Below are positions 1-11,100 of a stretch of 64,000 nucleotides of DNA, in pieces. Numbering within the stretch: the stretch's first letter is position 1; every line of letters begins with the position of its first letter. Below the pieces are notes generated by a model, which did not search any database, was not told the DNA's origin, and was given only the letters and a program-made list of their open reading frames with translations. Location: contig NC_092679.1 of NCBI RefSeq assembly GCF_964355755.1, positions 15,359,432-15,423,431 of the forward strand, given 5' to 3'. The position numbers and the translations under genes are program-made. This stretch comes from Antedon mediterranea. Its lineage: Eukaryota; Animalia; Echinodermata.

Positions 1-169
1 AGTTTACTTGTTAATTTAAGACTGCTCGCCGGCTTTTGATAATTCTGTCCTATCTTTTAACACTAGCAGGTCTGAAAATAATTTTTAAAAGTGGTTCCGA
101 ATTGGGACCGTGGTCCAGATTTTAACAAAAATTGGGCAGTGTCGTCCTTGCACCAGGTGACATGTATGG

Positions 170-472
170 TAGAGTGATGACAAACAAACAAACACACACA
201 CACACCCACACAAACCGCACCGATCAACATACTTGGCCAATTTTCAATTTGGCCAAGTAACAAACAAACACACAAACCAAACAGATCAAAATACTTGGCC
301 AATTTTCAATTTGGCCAAGTAACAAACACACACACAAACCAAACAGATCAACATACTTGGCCAATTTTCAATTTGGCCAAGTAACAAAGTAAATACTATA
401 CTTGGCAAAATTCTTTTTGCCAAGTAACAAACACACGCTACCGATTACATATACCTCCTTGGCGAAGGTAAA
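170..472 (-). mobile_element. End of a HINE/Helentron-type non-autonomous element with an internal ~60-bp tandem repeat
   Basis: The minus strand reads ATTACCTTCGCCAAGGAGGTATATGTAATCGG (terminal hairpin), followed by TGTT/TGTG microsatellite. There are about 3-4 copies of ATACTTGGCCAATTTTCAATTTGGCCAAGTAACAAAC (230-430), each internally palindromic. The element probably continues off the window edge. Confidence 0.55.
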
Positions 473-2145
473 TAATGAAAAGCGAAAACAGAATGTTAAT
501 TTGTATATACAGTATAAATATTTGTTGTTTGATTCAAACATGTACTACAAATGGAGAGAGGCATTATATATACCAATAGATAAAAGTTTTGGTTCTCTCT
601 CCTTCATCTTTTTTTGTGTGTAATGTGTTATACCATATGGACAATTGTCTGAAATAAAAGTTGAATTGAATTAATCGTGGTTCTAAAATGACATGTTGAG
701 CGATCAAATGGTTTATCTGTGGCTGCGACACGATCAATTCCACGCTCCTTGAGGACACCGCGCGCTGTGGAGAATATGTACAATATGGCATTTGTCGCAG
801 CCAGACATAAGATCTAATGACTGTTACGAGTTCCTATCTTGGCAAGGAGAGTTTAATGTCCTGGTGTTAGATTGCCTTGCTTAAAGCGTTTATTGTGTTG
901 TTTATCGTCACCTGGACCTAACATTCACCCTAACAATAGGTGACGTAATACATGACGTTTTCTGTTAGAAAACTCATTATAATACAGGTGGAATTACGTC
1001 CATAACGAGTCTCATTTATACAAGCATTGTTAGCTGTGTAATTGGTATATATATAGGGTTAACTGTCGGCATATGTATCCTATTGGCTGACCTTTTGTAG
1101 CCAATTACTGAACTCCTGAAATATAGAGAGACTGCACCAGACTGTATTACTGTAAATCCTCGCTATTTATTTCCAAATATCGAGGTTCCAATAGCAAACA
1201 AGGTAAGATCATTATAATTACATTCTGTATATTTACAGTACTTGACGTGGTTTATTGGGGAAAAGCCAATGAGTCAAGTCAATGTAGTCACTCTTTCTAG
1301 TTTCTGGTAATAACGAAGTTCATATGTTATTTTGGCAGTAACTTCAAACTTCTAACGTGACCGACATACCTGTAATACATTAGGATAGTGAGACTTATTT
1401 GATAAGTTGGGTATATTATTTACTATTCCCAGTATATAGGCCTATATATTGTGTAGTACATTATGATCTACATCTTATATTGTTGAAATTGTAATTGACT
1501 GTTGATGGTCTTTCCGTTTGTTTTATAGACAATATTGTTTTGATGCTCAACCTACGGAAGTGCAAAATAAGATATAGAAACAAAACCCTACATCAACTAT
1601 TCTTATTGATGTTAACAGGAATATGCGTTTCATCCTATTCTGGTAAGTACCATAGATAAATTATAACTGCTAGAGGGTGAACTAAACGACAGCGAGTACT
1701 GCGAACAGAACATGGAATCCTAAAAATGGCCGCCGTGTATATGTTCAAAGTATTTAGTATAACAATAATGATCTAAAATATTATGAAGAGGCACATATTT
1801 TACAGTTTTTAAATAAAATTAACTCATTGTAATCTGGTATATCTTTATTGTCCCGAACACGCTACAGGGACTGTTTATCACCATCGCATTCAACACTAGC
1901 TTTTTTTTCATCCGTGAAACGTTTTTTTTTCGTACACAAAATGTTTAGAAAGTACTATTAAACGGTCGTTTAATAGTGCGTACTATTGCACGCCATATGA
2001 CCCACAATCATCCAATCAAATAACAGTAATTTATTTAGGTGTTATATAATATAAAATAGACGCGAATCTCATTGTTTATTACTGGTACCGGTGGATCGGT
2101 TTATGTCATACTCTTGTAAAATTGCATCGTTTGCCTTGGTTTAGC

Positions 2146-5100
2146 CTATTCTTCGATAGCTTTGTAAGATTTCGTTTCGTGTTTAGCTAAGTTCTCATCT
2201 GAGCGTTTCTGTTCTGTTGCACTCCCAAATAACAAAAAAGTAAACATTCCAATTAGTCCTATTCCAGCAGTTATGTTAAACATCCAAGACCATTGCTTGA
2301 ATGTATTCTGAAAGTAGGTAAACATTTCATGATTAGCAGCGTATCCATGATTTTTCAATTACATGTCGTTGCTTTTTTTCGTTTTTAGTAGCAATCGCTG
2401 CATTTTTACATTTTCAGGTGCAAGTCGCTGCTTTTTTTCGTTTTTTAGTTGCATGTCACTACCTTTTTTCGTGTTTTAGTTGCATGTCGCTGCTTTTTTC
2501 GTTTTTTTTTTTGTTGCATGTCGCTGTTTTTTACTCTTTCAATTGCAATGAAGTCGCTGCTTTTTTTTGTTTTTCGTTACAATTTATTAATTTATTCATT
2601 TTATTTCTATACAATCAACTTTATGAAACAATCATTACTTACATTGTCTACAGTGAATGCTCCTAACATCATTGGACCAATAAAGCAGCCGGGGCCTGCA
2701 AGTGATGTCATAATCCCAGCAATAACCCCTGAATGACCTTTAGATATTTCCATTATGTTCGGTATGACACTTGATGTGTAAAATCCTAGAGAACTAAATG
2801 CTACAGTAAGAAAAACCACTGATGCACCCGAGCTCTCTTCGAAAACCCCAATACAAATCAGGCACAGTGAAGATATTCCCAAAGCTAAAAAGAAGTATAG
2901 AAGACACGATATTCACCATACTTTTCTTCAAAAATAGTTTATACTCTTGTAATAAAAAAAACGGTTTCAACATTAAACATGTATAGATACGACAATTATC
3001 GGCTGTCACGACAAACTTTTGATCGATTTAGTTTGAACTTAGAAGCATAGCACACTCAGTAAGTATTGTTATGGTGCCGCGTTTTTATTCATGGATGTTA
3101 TCGCCTGACACGAAATCAGCCAATCAAATTATACATAGGCATATTATTATTAAGTATGCCTAATTCTTACTTAGAAATGTAAAAAGCTTCCTTGTATTCA
3201 CGAGTGTCAAATATTTACGCTGGATAATAAAGTCTGCACATATTCCAGATGTTTGAACCACCAACAGCTGGAGAAGACCTGGCAAAGATGTTAATAATCC
3301 AGTCTACAAAATAGAAACCGAGAACTAGCTTTATACCTGCATCTGACCACCAACCGCTCTAACACCACTTATGTCAGCCAATATCCTATACAGTATATTT
3401 AACCACCATCATAAATGTTTTACTTACTGTTTTCAGGTCGAATCCTAAGATTACATTTATAAAAATCGGGCACTCGGTAAGAAGGAGCACAAGAATAAAA
3501 ATGAAAGCCCAATACGCAATGACTAAAGCCCATACTGCAGACGATGTAAATATCTTAAACCAGGCAATTGGTGTATTCTAAAAATAAAGAAGATTATTTA
3601 ATAGTAAAGTATAAACAATGGTTATACTCTCAATTCATGTTGAAGAAAGCTTTAGAGGTGCATACAGGTATAATGGATACTAGTCTAGTTAGTGTCTTTG
3701 TCCATGTTAGTCCACCGTTTTGATTTTTCAATTTATATCTATTAAACGCCAAATGTGCCAACATGTCTATCCTTTGAAATACAATTTAGAAATTAGATGG
3801 ATTAAATGGATTAATAATCTGATACCGTAAACATTAGTATTTCGAACTCAATCAAGAACGAATGCTAACCTCCCAAATCCGGCCCTAAATCTTAACGGCA
3901 CATGCGCAGAACAATTAAATGTGCGTGATTAATAGTAGGCATGTTAAGGTGCATATTTTAGGCAAATCCTTGTGATAACATTTTGAAACTTTGCACAGTT
4001 ATTCATTAGGGTGTCAAAAATATGAAATGGAAGGGTTGCACAAAATTTGGTCAGGGTAAAGCCGCCATTTTGGATTTCAAAATGGCGGACCTCAAATTTT
4101 AACTTGTCAGGTATATCTCTGCTAAAGAGGCACCTAGAGTTCTGATTTTAAATGCAAAATATATGGTAGTGGGGTCACTAAACATATTGGTATAATTGAC
4201 ATTTGATTGCATGGCGGCCATGTTGGATTTCAAAAATGGCGGACTTCAAATTTTCACTTTTCAGGTATATCTCTGCTAAAAAGGCACCTAGAATTCCGAT
4301 TTTAGGTGCAAATTATAATTATGGTAATGGAGTCACCAAACATATTGGTATAACTAACATTTTGATTGCATGGCGGCTATGTTGGATTTCAAAATGGCGG
4401 ACCCCCAAATTTTCACTTTTCAGGTATATCTCTGCTAAAAAGGTACACAGTGCTCTGATTTTAGGTGCAAATTATATGGTAATGGGTCACCAAATATATT
4501 GGTATTTAACTAACATTTTGATTGCAAGCTCAAAATGTTTCAGTACGGTACCTACAGTTAAAATTTTATGTACAAAGTATGATATGGTATTGAGGTCGAC
4601 AAACATATTGGTATAACGTCTTTGATTGCATGGCGGCCATTTTGAATGTAGCTCAAACCTGGTAACCACACAGCTCTGTACATCATAAATCACTCGTTCT
4701 GCATTTCCAGCGTCCAAGATCACAGTCGGTGTGTCACATCGAATTAAAACCTAATTTGTGACATCTGAAAGTTCCGGCAATGAACTCCAAACTGGACTAA
4801 ATGTGTTGCCGTCCTTCCTCCATCTCCAGTTTGCTGGGTCCTGTTCAACCCTGAATCCATCTAGACTGTTCTAGATAATCTGTGTCACTAACATCCCCTA
4901 CAGACAATGACATCGTCTCAAATTCCTTTCCTTGAACAGATGAAGTTGTATCACAACTGCTAAAGGAATGAAAGAACAAGCGACTGATGCTTGTGATCCA
5001 AGAGAAGTAATCTTGTGTATTGAGATATACTTCAAGTGCTTCCCCACTCCAAACTCGATCCAAAGCTCGTGGATGCCAGGTATTCTGTGGAAAGTTGACA

Positions 5101-8100
5101 ATGAAATAACAACAACATCACTGTCTACAGTCTTGACAAGAATGCGTGGAAAAATTTTAGCGGCATGTTTAACATGAACAAACATACGTTCATCTGCCTC
5201 TTCTATGTTACATGGCATCAGCAGTTGTATATTTACAGACTGGTTTGTTACAGCTCTGTCTCTCAGAGACCCTACAAACATTCCGTGATTTGTGTCAATG
5301 TTCTCTACTACTTCAGTTACAATTAATGAAACAACTCTGATTTGTTGTCATCATATCTCGAATATGTGGTCCAATTGTTGGGCATGCTCTCACTGGCTTT
5401 GACACCAGAGCCGCGGTTTGAACGCGTACTAGACTTTAAACCGTCGTTAAAGTATCTATCGAAAACCAAATCTGGTCGCGTCACTGATCAAAGTTGATGG
5501 TCTATATATGGTTGTACGACAAAATGAAGCACCATTAGTTGCTGCCAAGGTGTTTAGATTGACCAGCAATAATCAATATGCTCAGGCCCAATGATTCGAA
5601 GACATTCATTGAGTATATATCAAGTGTCATACAACCATCAACTTTGATCAGTAACACGATAGATACTTTAACGACAGTGTCTCTGGTGTAAGGAGGGTCG
5701 TTAAAGCCAGCGGGAGCATGCCCAACAATTGGACCACATTTTTTAGATTTGATGACAACAAATCAGAGTTGTTTTCATTTATTGTAACTGAAGTAGTAGA
5801 GAACATTGGCACAAATCACGGAATGTTTGTAGGGTGTTTGGAGACAGAGCTGTAACAAACCAGTAAATATACAATCGCTGATGCCATGTAACATAGAAGA
5901 GGTAGATGAACGTATGTTTGTTCACGTTAAACTTTCCGCTGAAATTTTCCACGCATTGCCAAGACTGTACACAGTGATGTTGTTGTCAGCTTTCCACAGA
6001 ATACCTGGCATCCACGAGCTTCGGATCGAGTTTGGAGTGGGGAAGCACTTGAAGTACATCCCAATACACGAGATTGCATCTTCTCTTGGATCACAAGCAT
6101 CAGCCGCTTACTTGTTCTTTCATACCATTAGCGGTTGTGATAGAACTTTATCTGTTTAAGAAAAAGGTAAAGCTACATTTAACGAGACCTTGAAAAAGAT
6201 GCCATGTATGACTCCAGTTTTTGAGAGGATGTCATTGTCTGTAGGGCATGTTAGTGAAACAGACACAGATTATCTAGAACAGTTTGTTGTAACTATGTCT
6301 ACTGCAGAACATTTAATGATTCAAGACGATATCTTTTTACAAGAGAAAGACTATTGAAAATATCCCCCAACATCTGCGGCATTAAGAGAACATGTGAAAC
6401 GGAAGCCAGGAGGTGGTACGACTGTCTAGATGCATTCAGGGTTGAACGGGACCCAGCGAACTGGGGATAGAGGAAGGACGGCAACAAATTTAGTCCAGCT
6501 TGGAGTTCATTGCCGGAACTTTCAGATGTCACAAAGGTTTTAATTCGCTGTGGACACACCGACTGTGATCTTGGATGCTGTAAATGCAGAAAGAGTGATT
6601 TACGATGTACAGAGCTGTGTGGTTGCCAGGGAAAATGTGACCTACAATAAGTGTCCGTGTTAAATGCATGTAATTATGAAGATAAACAAATAGTGTAAAG
6701 TCAGTACGGGTTGAGCTACATTCAAAATGGCCGCCATGCAATCAAAGACGTTATACTAATATGTTTGTTGACCTCAATACTATTATACTTTGTACCTAAA
6801 ATTATAACTGTAGGTACCGTACTGAAACTTTTTGAGTACGCCATTTTGAAATTCAAAATGGCCGCCATGCAATAAAAATGTCAGTTAAATACCAATATGT
6901 TTGGTTACCCATTACCATATAATTGGCACCTAAAATCAGAACTCTAGGTGCCTTTTTAGCAGAGATATACCTGAAAAATGAAAATTTGAAATCCGCCATT
7001 TTGAAATCCAACATGGCCGCCATGGAATCAAAATGTTAGTTATACCAGTATGTTTGGTGACCCCACTACCATATAATTTGCACCTAAAATCAGAACTCTA
7101 GGTGCCTCTTTAGCAGAGATACACCTAAAAAGTGAAAATTTGAAGTCCGCCATTTTGAAATCCAAAATGGCCGCCATGCAATTAAAATGTTAGTTATACC
7201 AATATGTTTGGTGAGCCCATTACCATATAATTTGCACCTAAATTCAGAACTCTAGGTGCCTATTTAGCAGAGATATACCTGAAAAGTGAACAATTTGGGT
7301 CCGCCATTTTGAATCCAAAATGGCGGCTTTCCCCTGACCAAATTTTGTGCAACCATTCCATTTCATATTTTTGACACCCTAATGAATAACTGTGCAAAGT
7401 TTCAGAATGTTATCACAATTTGAAGGATTGGGTCACTTAACAGGCCTACTATAAGGGCCACAGGAGACATTGTCCATTTGATCTAAAGCCAATACAAGTC
7501 CTTCGTTTTCATTTATCCATGGTCCTTCTCGTACTACGTACACCAAGTAGTTCTTATGCATTAGTTTGAACGTCACAAATTTAGTTATATATATATTTGA
7601 TTATCGGGGTTTAGATGTCATCCGTACATTTCAGTAAGGGTTTTTTAGTGACAAAATGATTTTTAATTTTTTTTTAAGTTTTCTTTTGATCATTTTAATA
7701 TTGCTGTTTTAATAGTTACCCAGTCCGCTTAATACATGTATTATTACGATACCGTTTCTTCGGGGTGTTTAAGAAATTATAATCAAAAGTCAGGAAGGGG
7801 TTAATAAAGAGTAGACTAATAGTTATAATTATACCATGTTAATAACTATACCATTTCCACGTTGATGTTAAACCAGACATATACCTATTTTGTGAGAGTG
7901 TTGTGGAGTAAAATACTTCATATTTTTAACGATTAGGCTGATTTAAATAAAACTTGGTAGTTAAAAAATTAAGTTCATGGACTGGTTAAAGATGCGGTCA
8001 AAGGTCATTCCTCTGACCGGGTTCATGTTCTATTGAACATAATTATATCTAGTTTTAACTGTAATTGTGTTGTAGGCATTATAACTGCTTTAATACCGGT

Positions 8101-11100
8101 AATAATCATTATCAATATTGTTGTTGTTGTGATCGTTACGCTTATTCTACTCGTACCTCTTCAAGCGTTTCGAAACTGTTTATGTATTCACGTTCTGTAT
8201 TGGAAATATACGGATCTTTATTTGGATTCTCATAAATGAATAACATCCATATCATTGCTATAAAAACTGAAAACACACCTACAAAAAGAACAATCATGGT
8301 TTTAAATGTACGTATCAAACGATATGGTAACTCTCAATTCGATTTTTTTTTTAATTGTCCTTTTTCTTGTTTGTAAATATTTTAAAGTGGAGTACAGCGC
8401 TAAGAACGTTATACAAATCTATAGTATTAGTGTTATTAATAATTAAAATTGGACCTTCCGTATCACTCTACAAAAATGATTGAGAAGATATAAAACGTAT
8501 TGCCTAACTAACTAACATAACAAAGATTTGTTGAAATGGTGATAAATTAAACATGGGGCATTCAACCCCTTCATTTTATGAGGCACGTTTTTTTCTTATT
8601 TCGAAGGATAATTTACATTGTTATTTCAAGTTTGCACGTGAAACTAACTAACTAACTAACTGTAACTTACATATCATAGATTCGTTGAAATGGTGATGAA
8701 TTAAACATGGGGCATTCAACCCCTTCATTTAATGAGGCACGTTTTTTTCTTATTTCGAAGGATAATTTACATTGTTATCTCAAGTTTGCACGTGAAACTA
8801 ACTAACTAACTGTAACTTACATATCATAGATTCGTTGAAGTGGTGATGAATCAAACATGGGGCATTCAACCCCTTCATTTTATGAGGCACGTTTTTTTTT
8901 TCTTTTTCGAAGGAAAATTTACATTTCTATCTTGAAAACTAACAATTAAATTGTAGATTTAATGTTTTAAACTCAAGCTTATATAGCACAGTAGATTAAT
9001 TTAATCTATATATACCAGTGTATAATTGTATTTACTGAGAATATAGAAGGTATACTGCCATCCACCAACATCACAGATCCAACTTGACATCTTATTACAG
9101 AATGCTACACTAAGAGGCAATGCTGTAAGAGAAGATTATTATTAATTTGATCAAGAAACTTTTCACTAGGTGAATTTAGTCGCGTGGATCTTTTAGTCTA
9201 TTCGCATGAGTTCACATGAACAAACTTATTTCCCGTTCTCTGATTGGTTGCGAACATTTTGTGCAATTTGAAATGCGCAAGAATTATCTTACGCATTTTG
9301 TAATTGTAGGGCCTAGTTATAACCTATACTAGATGAAAACTTGAATTGGAAAAATATACCTTACCTGAAAATGCAATAGACATTAGTTTACTTCGTTCGT
9401 GTGGAATTATCCAATTTTCTAATAATTCACAGAGAGCTGGGTAGTACACGCCCTTTAAAAAAACAATCCCAAATGTATATACTTCCGATGTGAGCCCGTC
9501 TTGTAGGAGGTGCACGAAAAAGACGCTCTTTATGTCAATTTGAGTTACCGCATTTATTCGAACAAATGCCCCGGAGCGTTTATTGTTCAGGAGGGTTTAT
9601 TTGAGGGAGGCGTTTATTGTGAGGAGGGGTTTATTTTTTTAATGTATTATGGTAACATGTATAATCAAATCCCCTAGATAGGAAAGAATACAACACAATT
9701 GACATCAAGGAGTGATAAAATACAGTAAAATTCAAAATGCTTAGTAAATTGTAGATCAGGTTAATCAAAATATTCTACTATAAAGAGAAGTGTGTTGTAA
9801 TACCATATTGTGCATATGACGGGCGTTTATTCGAGGACATATATAAACGCCTTTATTTTATTTATTTATTTATTTAACAACATATTTATACAAGATTATA
9901 CACAATCAAGTATAAATATACTTGTTTTACATTGTGGTCCTATCGACAAAAACGGATATAAATTTAAATACTTATAGGCTACAATTAATAATAATAATAA
10001 CAATAAAATATATAAACTGGAAGTTAAATGTTATGAAAAGAAATGAGATCTGTATCTAGCTTTAAAGGACATAAACGTGTTTTATATCTGCTGCTGGCAA
10101 GTCATTCCATATTTTTCCGCCTGAAACTTTAAAAGACGAATCCATTTTGCTACGGGTATAATGAGGTATAACAATATTTAAGTTATCTACTCCACGCGTT
10201 GAATGGGTGTGTACATTCCCAATTAGTTCAATTTCATTAGTCAGTCTGGTTGGCGCAAGGCTGTGAATATATTTATAAGATAAGATAAGATAAGATAACT
10301 TTTATTGATCCTCAAAAAGGAAATTCATTGCTCGTCATAATAACAAGAAAACACAATAAAAACAAATATAGCATAAAACCATTCATATAAAAACATCAAA
10401 AAATACAAGATAAAATTATCTTCTTGACTTTCTGTTGTACTGGATGATACCACATTAGACTAGCTAGATAAAAATCTCTTCTCTCTTCAAATGTTTTCCA
10501 GGAAAGATCCTGAATAATGTCATCACCCCTCATGTCAACAAAATCTAAATTTTGGGTAACAATGCGAGCCGCTCTTCTGTGAAGACGCTTCAAAATATTC
10601 TTGTTTTGCTCAGAGGTATTTCCCCAAACAGTTATGGAATAGTCACTACAAGGTTGCATGGTACTCAAAAACAACGTTTCTAATAATGATTTATTTAGAC
10701 ATCCCGCCATTTTACTCAACATTGTAATTTTATACCCAATATTTTTACTGATAGACTAGGTATTCCACGTTAAAATTTCATCTATAATAACTCCCAGATA
10801 TCTTATGCTATCAACTTGTTCAATTTTGGTGGGCCCAATTTTAATATCCAGTATATCTAGTATACACAACAACATCATCATCAAAAATGCTGCAAGTTCC
10901 ATTTATAACAGACTGCGAAATATCATTAATAAATAGAAGAAAAAGGATGGGCCCTAGGACACTTCCTTGCGGAACACCAATGTTAATATCTCTCGTCATA
11001 ATAACAAGAAAACACAATAAAAACAAATATACCCAATACAAATCAGGCACAGTGAAGATATTCCCAAAGCTAAAAAGAAGTATAGAAGACACGATATTCA

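Noticed and set aside
180-430. CRISPR-like palindromic repeats with short spacers
   Set aside because: The spacers are near-identical CA-rich sequence, there are no cas genes, and the context is eukaryotic. It is an internal tandem repeat of a HINE-type element.
2308-2358. MKNHGYAANHEM... and similar ORF-track N-terminal extensions of SLC17 exons
   Set aside because: They lie upstream of the AG acceptors and are intronic; exon sizes conserved across the three paralogs exclude them.
4203-4723. 137-aa and 78-aa ORFs with internally repeated peptides
   Set aside because: They are translations of the 155-bp subterminal tandem repeats of the Academ element.
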